NCBI GenBank assembly: GCA_002269645.1
Contig: NIVC01003376.1
Coordinates: 1-64,000 of the forward strand
From: Macrostomum lignano
Lineage: Eukaryota
DNA length: 64,000 bases
Direction of reading: 5' to 3'
How positions within the stretch are numbered: the first letter of the stretch is position 1; each line of letters opens with the position of its first letter. Positions 11,501 through 22,529 of the stretch are shown here, piece after piece. Under the pieces are notes generated by a model. It was given only the letters and a program-made list of their open reading frames with translations. It was not told the DNA's origin and searched no databases. Both the position numbers and the translations under genes were made by a program.

Positions 11501-12392
11501 AAGAAGGGTATAGCAAACAACAGAAGGGCATAGCAAACAACAGAAGGGTATAGCAAACAACAGAAGTGTATAGCAAACAACAGAAGGGCATAGCAAACAA
11601 CAGAAGGGCATAGCAAACAACAGAAGGGTATAACAAACAACAGAAGGGTATAACAAACAACAGAAGTGTATAGCAAACAACAGAAGTGTATAGCAAACAA
11701 CAGAAGGGCATAGCAAACAACAGAAGGGTATAGCAAACAACAGAAGTGTATAGTAAACAACAGAAGGGCATAGCAAAGAACAGAAGGGTATAACAAACAA
11801 CAGAAGGGTATAACAAACAACAGAAGGGTATAGCAAAGAACAGAAGGGTAAAGCAAACAACAGAAGTGTATAGCAAACAACAGAAGGGCATAGCAAACAA
11901 CAGTAGGGTATAGCAAACAAAAGAAGGGTATAGCAAACAACAGAAGGGTATAGCAAACAACAGAAGGGCATAGCAAACAACAGAAGTGTATAGCAAACAA
12001 CAGAAGGGCATAGCAAACAACAGAAGGGTATAACAAAGAACAGATGGGTATAACAAAATAGCAAAGATGTAGGATGTAGAAGCGTGTAGAATATCACAGA
12101 AGAGTGAAAAAAGCTAACAACAAACCTATTCTAGAAGACTAAGACATTATTAAATTGTGTGCAGAATCGGTCTTTCAACACTAAAATGTTTATTTTCTCA
12201 AATCAATTGTCTTTTCAGGGAGACAGCGGCGGCGGTCTCAGGTGTGAGCACAACGGTCAACCCTATCTGGCTGGCATAGCTTCCTCCGCGGCCACTGGAG
12301 CTAATCCGGAGCTTTATCCGGCTAATTTCATGCGGATTACCGGCTACATTAGCTGGATTAGGGAGACTATGGCGCTTAGTAGCGCCAGCTAA
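8570..12392 (+). CDS. Secreted S1 (chymotrypsin-fold) serine protease, 5 exons
   Basis: Exons 8570-8922, 9494-9592, 9722-9804, 9947-10254, 12219-12392 with consistent phases (2,2,1,0). Signal peptide, RVRR|IIG activation site, triad TAAHC / HDVAV / GDSGG, SGWG. Confidence 0.93.
8967..9444. mobile_element. Degraded hAT-like MITE with internal GA-rich purine tract, in protease intron 1
   Basis: Ends cagggttaggcaa and gttagcccacaccttg resemble CAGGGGTGGGCAA-type hAT termini; gggcc(a/g)ga subterminal motifs; flanks tttggac/tttagac only approximate a TSD. Confidence 0.45.
10345..12060. repeat. 20-bp minisatellite (tagcaaacaacagaagggta) in protease intron 4, interrupted near its start by the LINE
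   Basis: Direct reading; produces the artefactual C/L/Y-rich minus-strand ORFs. Confidence 0.95.
10369..10962 (-). mobile_element. 5'-truncated non-LTR retrotransposon (ORF2 C-terminus with CCHC knuckle; LOA/R1/I-like), 12-bp TSD
   Basis: Minus-strand translation LSGHGCFSRH..CSFC..ETAEHFVSICP, stop at 10467, short-repeat tail (aagtc/aagt). TSD gaagggtatagc at 10357-10368 and 10963-10974. Confidence 0.85.
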
Positions 12393-14287
12393 CTCATCCT
12401 CGGGCCGATATTCTATTTATTATTGTCTAATTGTTGACTCAAAAACACTAAACAATACGAGAATGAGGCTTCAATGTTATTTACGTGTTGCTTTTGTTGA
12501 TCAAATAAATAATGAGAAAACTACATTTTATTCATACTTATTAACCATAAAGTATGTTGGCGATGTTGAAAGACAACATCTGTAAATTTTATATTATCAA
12601 AAGAATGCGACTTTTTAAATTTAATTATGACTCATAACTATGACTCAGTTTTTTAGATACGCTGAACGAGTTTTATAAAGTTTTTTATGATTTGAATAGT
12701 TAGGATGTGGTCGCTCAATAAATTAGCAACAGTTCAGAATATGAGCGTAAACTTATTTAATTATATGGGCGTAGCAACTATTATGGAAAGTAAACTACGC
12801 AGTTCGAAGCTTTATCTGTTCTCAAACAAGCGAGAATATCTGCCAGATTACTCTGAGTCTAATTGATAGGCGGCTAGTTGTTTATTTTACGTTGATATTC
12901 TGTGGCCGACTTGAGTTATATTAACAAAGTTATTATGCGTATATATTTAATGTTGATTGATAACAATATTTGTTTGTTTACATGTGCCGTTTCTTGTTAA
13001 TGTGTACGTTACGTGCGTGCTAGAATGATTAGTTATTCTAAAAAAATTTCTTTACTCACTTCGCTTCCTTCACGTTAATGAAAGAAGATAAAGTAAGAAT
13101 TTTTGTTGTAGTTCATACTTTATGAAGATAGATTAGTTTGTGAAAATTAGCAAACGAAATGTGTCGGTATTACAGTTTGGAAGCCTATTTACTCGTAATT
13201 CAATTTGCAAGCGTTTCACACCCATTATACCTGTGTAGATGACACACTGTATAGTTAGTTAAACTTCTCACAAAAGGATCTCTTCTCACTCATTCAACAA
13301 CTCAAGCAAACCCATTTGCTGCTCATTAAAAGCGTAGACCAAGTTTTTTCAAATCTAAATTTAGCTCTAGCTATACATAAATGAAATAGCTAAAACCAGT
13401 CTATAAACTATGGCACCCGTTCATAGGCGTTGCCACGCCTGACACTTTCTCTCCACTGTATTAATTAGTAGTGCTAGCAGTGTCATCCCATTGAACCTGT
13501 GCAACCTCCATACACGCCATGGCTATAGATTAGATTAAAAGAATACCCAGGCATATGTAATGCAACGAGTAAGTAGTGGACAAAACGACAGCAAAACTCT
13601 CAGGTAGGTGCATAGGAAAGGTAAAGAGAATACCCCCGCCTCTCTATAAACCCTTGTGACCCCCCTCATTCTCTCCCACGCTCTGACTGACAACTTTATA
13701 GGAGCGTAGAGTCTGTCAAAGCGCGGTGTTGAGGTAGTCAGTTTGCTAGGCAATGGGGCATTGTTCAAGTGCTCAAACTGAGCAGACACTGCTCGGCATA
13801 TGCTCTTCTTATTCTTCATCTGCGGGTGAGAAAGTTTCCTGCGACTGTGTTTTCCAATTTTTATCGGATTCTCACATGTCTAATTTGTTTTCTATTCTTT
13901 GCAGAGCAATAGTTCTGTCCTGTGTCCCTATCCGACTTGTGCAGCCAATGACGAGATGAATATCAACTAATACTGTATACATAGCGAAGCCATCATTGGT
14001 TGCCATATTTTCCATATATAGGTGCCCATTTTTGGTTATTTTTCAACCTAGTACTCGTACAACGTAGTCAATTGATTGTCTCTCAGTGCTGTCAACTAAC
14101 TACTATCTTCAGATCTGTGGCTGTGTAAGTACCTTTCTGCCCATGCCTGAAATGTTTTCGTCCTGGGGATTATTATGAATGTTTTTTTACTCAAACCTTT
14201 TAACCTTTTAACCGTTTTACTCAAAGAGCCCAGAGGCTTGAAACCGGTAGCCTACTTTCAATAAAATAATTTAACACGCCGTGACCT

Positions 14288-14291
<4 letters not shown>

Positions 14292-14322
<31 letters not shown>

Positions 14323-14370
14323 ATATATATATAATATATATATATATATTATATATATATTATATATAAT
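14292..14370. repeat. Compound (TC)n/(TA)n microsatellite
   Basis: Direct reading. Confidence 0.9.
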
Positions 14371-14411
14371 GTTTAGGTATAGAAATCCATCAAATTTTGA
14401 CAGTTAATGTA

Positions 14412-15177
14412 GCTTTTTGCAGCCCATTTGGGCTCACGCGCATTGAATTTAATCCAAGATCCGTTTGCCACGAGCTTAATGTAACGGAGCTAATTTTGTC
14501 TATGGTAGCAAGGCTGGCACAGCGGCATTTAATTTGGTCCAACAAGCATCAATTTGGTCCATAGCTTTATTTGCATCTGCTGCGGAAGAGGAGCAAGATC
14601 AGCTCCAAAATTGTGGACCATATGCTAGGCTGTCGAACCATTGGCTTGTGATCGAAGCACTCGACAGAGGTGAACACTCAAAGGACATTGCAAGGCTGTT
14701 GAATGTAAAAGAAAATATGATTTACAGCATCCATCAGCGCGTTGAAACCACTGCCAGCAGAGAGTCTGCGAAAGGCTGGCAATCGCCAAGGCAAGTTGCT
14801 CGAGAGCCTCAGGTCCAGCTGCTACTCGATGCAGTTGAGAAACCCTCTGTTAACGGTGCAGAAAATGCAGCAGAAGTTGAAGGAACAGTTCCAGTTGGTT
14901 ATCAGATTTCGACTTTGAGCAGAGCTCTGGAAAAGCGACTGAAGATTGTTGGTAGAGACGCTGACATTCCAGCAGTACGCAACAACCTGCAGACAGTTGC
15001 GAAAAGGCAAGCATTTTCCGAATGGCTCACGAGCGTTTGGACCAAATTGATGCTTGTTGGACCAAATTAAATGCCGCTGTGCCAGCCTTGCTACCATAGA
15101 CAAAAGCTCCGTTACACTGGTAAACTTATCTTGGATTAAATTCAATGCGCGTAAGCCCAAATAGGGCTGCAAAAAGC
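14412..15177 (+). mobile_element. Internally deleted IS630/Tc1-mariner-like DNA transposon with ~145-bp TIRs and TA TSD
   Basis: TIRs 14412-14561 and 15038-15177 are reverse complements; TA on both flanks. Internal frame has HTH-like IARLLNVKENMIYSI, ISTLSRAL, RNNLQTVAKRQAF; no DDE domain. Confidence 0.8.
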
Positions 15178-15346
15178 TATGATTCAGCCATCATTAATTT
15201 TAGCTACCTGAGAAAATCTTATATGGGGGAATTAAAAATCAACTCCTGTCCTGATTTATCAAATAAATATGCAAATTTATACAATCTCGCATTTCTACAG
15301 CGAAGCAATTTGCAACTTTTGCCACGATCTTGTGCTCCATCAAAGG

Positions 15347-16835
15347 ATGCTGTTAACTCTGACACTTCTGCTAGCGAGTGGCTTATTAATGCTGGAGCCA
15401 GTCTCACCGATGGGAATCTATGCCGACTCTAAGTACGACCCAACTAAGCCAGCAGTTGACCAGCCTCCGACAACTACACTAGCTGGCAACCATCGGGGCA
15501 TTCATCATGAGCCGGTGGTGGCGAAGTTTCTGCCTGACAGCATCTCGCAGAGCGGTTGGTAGACTTTTTAGCATTCAATTAATTGTGTGCTTTTGATGTT
15601 TGTTGTTGATTGAATAATTCAATCTGCCACTCAGCTGGAAAACACAATGTGGTTTATCACAAATCTTTTCTCTACTTGATTGATGCAATTTTGCAATTAT
15701 GCAGCTCGTAATTTGAGCACACCTAAAATATGGTTTTAAAATTTTATTGCAGATAAGCTTCGCGCTTTCCTGGAATGTCGTCGGGAATGCATAGCCAAAT
15801 GCGACCGCCTGGTGTACATCTACACGGATAAGAAGGTAATGATGGTGCGAGACCCAATGCGTACTTAAATTTATAACTAGTCTAAGATGTTCCTGATATG
15901 CAATATTTACCAAACTTCACTCTTCGATTGGATATTTTAGGAGTACTGTCACGATTGCATCCGGCAGTGCATGCTGTCGTTTCTGCAGCAAGCAAAAAGC
16001 CTTGGTGTAAGCATTTGTAGCTCAATTGTGCTCGTTTCTCATAGCGGGGACATTAGTAACGGTCTCGGAAATAACGAGATTATAACGCCAGCCCCTCAGC
16101 TTCCCAGCCTCCCAGATCCTCAGCTGCTAGGCCAGCCTCTCAGATTCTCAGTTGCTGGGCCAGCCTCCCAGATTCTCAGTTGCTATGCCAGCCTCCCAGA
16201 TCCTCAGTTGCTGGGCCAGCCTCCCAGATCCTCAGTTGCTGAGCCAGCCTCCCAGAGTGGCAGTTGCTGGGCCAGCCTCCCAGATCCTCAGTTGCAGGGC
16301 CAGCCTCCCAGATCCTCAGTTGCTGGGCCAGCCTCCCAGATCCTCAGTTGCTGCGTCAGCGTCACCACCTGACCTCCCAGATCCTCAGTTGCTGGCCAGC
16401 CTCCCAGATCCTCAGTTGCTGGGCCAGCCTCCCTGATCCTCAGTTGCTGGGCCAGCCTCCCTGATCCACAGTTGCTGGGCCAGCCTCCCAGATCCTTAGT
16501 TGCTGGGCCAGCCTCCCAGAACCTCAGTTGCTGCGTCAGCGTCACCACCTGACCTCCTAGATCCTAAGCTCATACCAGTAGCCGCTCGCCAACTCACTCA
16601 AATCTGCACCACTTCAATCCAATTCCAGATCGAATTCAGCTCACAACCAGCCAGCAAAGATCAAATGCAAGGCGACGCTCCGGTTGTCGACAATGACGAC
16701 GAGAAAAGGAAAGGCCGTCGTCGAGGTGGTGGCCGTAAGAGACGGCGCAACAAGCGAAAGCAGCGTCGCGAACGACGCCGGAAGGAGAAGCAGCAACGAC
16801 AGGCTCTGCTGAAGAACTGCATCGTGCACAAATAA
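15347..16835 (+). CDS. Unrecognised secreted 187-aa protein with 6-Cys motif and Arg/Lys-rich tail, 4 exons
   Basis: Exons 15347-15554, 15753-15835, 15941-16006, 16629-16835 join in frame (564 nt). Signal-like MLLTLTLLLASGLLML; ECRRECIAKC..YCHDCIRQC; tail KRKGRRRGGGRKRRRNKRKQRRERRRK. First donor (gttggt) is weak. Confidence 0.72.
16095..16560 (+). repeat. ~28-bp minisatellite (gctgggccagcctcccagatcctcagtt), intron 3 of the secreted gene
   Basis: Direct reading; same family as arrays at 59113, 61672 and 62965. Confidence 0.9.
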
Positions 16836-18059
16836 GAATGTTTTGATCCAGAGCTGCAAGGCGTATTAAAACTTAATCAGCTAATCCAGTTATGGCAATT
16901 AAGAATTCATTGGCTAGAAAGCGAAGGAAGAAAGCGATATACTAAACTGATATCTTGCGTTTTGCGGCGAAAACCGGTCCTCCTTATCGAAGGTTTTCAG
17001 AGGCGATTGATTGTAAATACTGACCTGGTATTGAAGAACCGTTTGGAAACTCGATAGGCATAATATATATTAAACACCAAACCGATCCTATGTAAGGTCA
17101 GCTCTGTGGATCAACATAGTGGTTCCGACATTCCAAAATAATACCTCATCATCATCAAGCTGTTGTTGTTAAATTATTTGTGTTTTTTTCGTTCTCAGCA
17201 TCGCAAACTAAGTGTTGAATTTGAGCACCTGAAAAAACGTATTTCAATACACGCAACTATTAGCTTACTGAAGCCGTGATGCTCTTGACAAGACAAAAAC
17301 CCAAATTATTTTAGACTTCATTGATTTGCTTTTGCATATGAAAAGTGAATTGGAATTTGTTCTATATTTGAAAATCATTCAATTTATTTAATAACGCTTT
17401 TTAACGAGTAAAAGAAAATCTACGAAATTTACAACAATTTTAACACAAATCGAAAGCTTTTAAGTAAAACATGCGAAATAGAAAATAAAAAATGCATCGT
17501 TCTAAGCTAGCTGATAATAAAAGAAATTTCATAACTTAGTCAGTTTATCTGCTAAAAAACGAAATATAAGCTGTTACTGAAGGCCACTGTTCATTACAGA
17601 CAGGCATTTTCTTATAGCTGCTGATAAGCAAGTGAGAAAGGTTTGTTATAAAATTGAGTAAAAAAATAACAAAGGTGATTTCCTACACAATGATAACATT
17701 AGAAAATAGAAAAGAAAGTTTGTTTAAATCGATTCAAAGAGCACAAAGTTACAACTTTCATGGAAAAACATTGACGAGATAAGATTATTTACGTGCTTTA
17801 TGCACTAAAGTAAAAATTTCCCATTTTTGAACCTAAACAATGCTTCGAATTTTTGTCAGCTTGCTTTTTAGGGTTAGTTGTTTAACAAAAAATATTTTTA
17901 ACATTTGCTTATTTCCATATGTTTATATCTTTTGTTGGTAAGTAAGAAAAATAATCCTTAGAAAATATATTAATGTTGCAAACAAACTAAATTTCTAATG
18001 CATAATGCAGAAATTACAGCCTTTAAACTGATCAACTATGGTCATTGTTGTCGTGATCG

Positions 18060-19518
18060 TCAGTTGGCTTCCTTCGATGCGCGAAATGTTTTAAAATCGG
18101 TCAGCTCCAACTCAGTCATCAGTTTGTTCAGCGCGTATATCTGAAATTTGGAAAGGCTACATGAATGACTCCAAAAGCTTAGATTTCTGACAGTTTATTA
18201 AATTAAATTCGAATGATGTTTCAAGAAAATTTGCGAATTTAGACAGCAATTTTCGCTAAACTCTGCTATAAACAGTATGAAGGGCATTTACCCGATTTCT
18301 CTGCTCAACTCGCAATTTTGCGAGTCGAGCTTGCTCTCGTTCTCTTTCCTCTAGCTGAGACTTCAAATCCGACCGCTTAGCATTGTCCTTGCGCTTGTCC
18401 CGAATCTCCGTTAGTCTCAGTGACAGCTCGCGTTTCGACTGGAGTTGATTGATTGGTTTGTTGATTGATTATTTGATTGCTTGATTGATGGTTTGATCGA
18501 TCGATTAATTGATTTTATTGATTGATTAGTTGATCTATCGATTACTTTATCGACTGGTTGATTGATTGGTTGGTTTATTGATTTATGGATTGTTTTGGTT
18601 GATTAATTGACTGATCGTTTGATCGATCGATTAATTGATTTTGTTGTTTGATTGTTGCTTGATCGATTGATTAATTTATTGATTGGTTGATTGATTTTTG
18701 ATTGGCTTGGTCCATTGATTGATTTATAGATTAATTTTGTGAATTGGTTGATCGATTCGTTTAATTTAAAACACTACATAGGGTACTCTATCGTGCTACC
18801 TACAATCCAAAAAGTGAAAATAGTTTTTAACCTACATTCTTTAATGCCGAACGGTGCAAGTTACTCTAGTGTTCTGCCATGAATGCGACATGTCAGGTGT
18901 GTTGGTTTTGACATAAAACAAAATTTTCTCGAAATAATAAGCACAATCTTCGTTTGACTATGCAAAAATCAAGAAAACGACCCATTCAATTTCGAGTGTT
19001 TTATGAAGTACATATGTAGCTTGTGTGTATCTAAATGATGATATAATCCAACAATAAAATACGCCATCCCAAATCTTCACCTTCGTGTCCTGCATGCTGA
19101 GAACGTATTTTAATCCGGGATTTTCAATTGGCAACGGTGTAGCTGGTGGAGCGCCAGGCACGTTGACGCCGCAGTCGACCAGAGATTCAGTTTGTCGCAA
19201 TGAATAGTACACAGTTCGACCTTTATTGTTTGATTGCTGCTGCTGTTGCTTTTGCTGTTGCTGCCGCAGACGAACTGGCTGATGCAGACTTTCACAAGCA
19301 GCATCTGACAGACGTCTAGCAGAGGCATCGCTAGGCTGCCGACAATTCGATTCGATCAACCGAGAATTGTCGATGCTCACCGATTGGCGTCGACGCTGAC
19401 GGCGGCGTTGCGATTTGCGTTGACGATGATTATGATGATGATGATGAGGCTTTGCAGGATTCTGAGACGGCTTCAAAGAATAAGATGGAGCTGGCAGGGC
19501 TGTGAGAAGGAGGTCCAT
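18060..19518 (-). CDS. ~221-aa protein with C-terminal SVBP/CCDC23-like segment, 3 exons
   Basis: Exons 19518-19081, 18438-18292, 18140-18060, all phase 0 with canonical GT-AG. The spliced C-terminus LRVEQRNRIYALNKLMTELE aligns by eye with human SVBP [20 protein letters not shown]. Start codon is uncertain. Confidence 0.7.
18445..18765. repeat. Degenerate (GATT)n low-complexity tract in intron 1 of the SVBP-like gene
   Basis: Direct reading. Confidence 0.85.
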
Positions 19519-19768
19519 GTCAGTTTTAGATGCTTGTGCAGCATGCCAAAGGCAGAAAGTTTTTATTGGCAAGGCAATGAATGAGTAAAATTTTCACATT
19601 TTTCGTTAACAAAAATGGGCGTTTGTCTACAGAATTCAAATTCGTGCCAAATGGTAAACATTTTTAAAGGACGGTTAAGCGCATATAAACACTTTTAAAC
19701 AGCTATGGAATCTGCAAACATTGTTTTAATAGAGATAAGAGTTTGTTTGACATTTACATGTATATCAC

Positions 19769-20467
19769 AAGGACGACTTAAGTAGAAGGACGGGAAACCT
19801 CGTTTCTTAGAAAAGTTTTGAAGGCACTTTTTCCCGAAAAAATACACTACGGAGATAGGAAGTTTTCATTTTTTCAGCACAAAAATTGTTATTGCGTTTG
19901 ATAGGAGGCAGATCCAGTGTTCATCTTTTGATATGTTGTGCCTTTTTTATTGCTCTATCGATATTTATAAAGCTTTTCGTTCAGAAAATTAGGATTCTAT
20001 GTTAATTTTTTATTCTACGTATATTTCCTGTATCTAAAAATCACAAAAATGCATGACACAGCTCCAATATTTGGTTTTATGAACCTATTTTATCATCTCT
20101 GTTACAAATATTTGCTACACAGTCGGGTAAGAATGATAAAAAAGACTCATGAAGCTAAAGAGCCGAGCCGTGGCATTCTAATGTATTTCAAGCACAAGAC
20201 ACGCGAAAATATACGTAGAATAAAAAATTAACATAGAATCCTAATTTTCTGAACGAAAAGCTTTATAAATATCGATAGAGGAATAAAAAAGGCACAACAT
20301 ATCAAAAGATGAACACTGGATCTGCCTCCTATCAAACGCAATAACAATTTTTGTGCTGAAAAAATGAAAACTTCCTATCTCCGTAGTGTATTTTTTCGGG
20401 AAAAAGTGCCTTCAAAACTTTTCTAAGAAACGAGGTTTCCCGTCCTTCTACTTTTAAAGTCGTCCTT
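19769..20467. mobile_element. Foldback/MITE with ~255-bp near-perfect inverted arms and ~180-bp spacer
   Basis: Arms ~19769-20026 and ~20207-20467 are reverse complements; termini aaggacgactt..aagtcgtcctt; no clear TSD. Confidence 0.85.
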
Positions 20468-22529
20468 ATATCAACGTTTAGCGTTAATTTGAATTGGATT
20501 TATTTAAACAATTCAAACAGAAATGCTCTTTAGTTAAAACATTTCTCTGAATTTCTCGTCTCTTATGTTTCTACTCGTAATTTTAGTTGTGATTACATTG
20601 TTTTCGGACGTTTCAATTCTAGAAGCATATGTTTTTCAACCCAAAATTTGATTATAGCTATATTAATCATATCCAAATACCGGAAACATAAGTTTATTTC
20701 AAAATTTTTAAACATCTATTAGCAAATTAGTCGATCATTTGGCTAGCTAGAGAATTAATACATAGATGAAAAAATATAAAAAATAATTTCAGACAAGCCC
20801 TGCATGGCCTACTTATCCGACCAAAATAAGGCAGTAGTATATTTAATGTGCGCGTGAATAAATTTGCAAATCAATGTGGAACTATTTACACAAGTATGCT
20901 TTCTTGCGATTCACAGGAAGCACGTATAGTTATTTGTCCTGGCGACATGGCGTTAAACATCAAAGCAAGTATTTTTGTTTACTAAAAAGTTTACGACAAA
21001 GATCGTCCAACAACAAATACTACTCCAAAAACTCGCTTCGATAGACTGCGTGTGGATCTCAAGACTTTAAGTTTGTCATGAAAATTTGTCATACAAGTTT
21101 AAGAATCATGATATAGCTACACCACAATGTATGCTTGATATGTGCTTGATCTGTGTGTTAGCTGACATCAGTAGGTCATAATTAAAAAATTGTCCAAATT
21201 ATAGCAAGTTGAGAATCGAGAAACATTAAGATCTAATAAACGAATTCTAGCTATCGTAAAAACGATTTCTAGCTAGCTGAAACAAATCGAAACAAAAAAC
21301 AATATAGAACCACTGATAATAAACGAGACGTATAGTTAACACCAGACTGATACGAGCGTGCAATTCTTCGAAGGCCGGATTTTGCTCTCAAATAAATTGT
21401 AAATCAAAAAAGAATTTCTCCGTTTTCAGCACGAAATTGACTTTTTACCAGCAAAAAAGTTTACAACAAAACTGCAACTCTAACTGCAAATTATATCCAA
21501 GATTTTTACTATAATTATTTCAGATAGCTATAAAAGAAATTATTATTGACTATTACGGTTTGGAAAGTTGCCTGTGGTGATCGCCCTTTTAACTAGTGTA
21601 GATAATGCTAATACATTTTGAAAATGAAGAATAATTGTAATAAAAACAATAATTAACTTACAACAATTATTGCACGAGCTCGTATAAAAAATAAATTAAA
21701 CTTTAATAAAATGAAACAACAATATATGTTGAAATACTTACCAACTTAATTTTTGAGCTAATTATAAAGTAAAACATTCCTATCACGAAAAAATGGGTTT
21801 CAATTAAATTTTAATCAGTTTTCAGGGATGCATTAGCTTCGTTTGCTATCAGTGGTCCTTTAAACAAATTTTAGAAAAGGCTCTGGTTTGTTTTTCTTTC
21901 AAACGAAAGAACCGAAAAACTCGAAAAACAGCAATAATTACGTACTTTGAAATCTGAGTATGCCAACAGGACTTGAAGTAAGTCTATGACTGAGACTAAA
22001 AGATTGAACAACTGTCAATTAAGAATAAACAGTAATTAACAGCAAATTAAGCTAATGATAAATTTGCATTTACTCACCGAAACGAACGGAATAATCATTG
22101 AACATTGAACTGTCCTATAATACGATCCTAAACATCGAAAACAATTACGAACAGAGGCTAAATTCAAAGTAAATAAAAATACACAACGGACTTTCTATTG
22201 CACAAACTATTAAAATATTGCACACTTTAGAAAAGATAAGAAATTTAAAACTGGGATTACATACAATTACAAAGTCTGTGGTCAGTGCATCAGGAATGAC
22301 AGCATGCATGCAGGCTGAGCAATGCAAAATCAATTGACATTATAATTTCGTTCTTGATGTTCTTTGAATTCGATTTAATCAAAAGCCAGTTAGTAACTTT
22401 CAGTCTAAATTAAGCTATCAATAGCGTTTGTTTGAACTTATAATTAATCGGCTTTAACAGCATCGAATTCAAAACTGAGTCACAATAAAGGGCGCCCGCG
22501 AAACTTGTTCGAGATTAACGCTGTCGGCA

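Noticed and set aside
10963-12097. Long minus-strand ORFs of 437-529 aa rich in C/L/Y
   Set aside because: Translations of the 20-bp satellite; only the last ~165 aa of ORF 10467-12056 is real (LINE ORF2).
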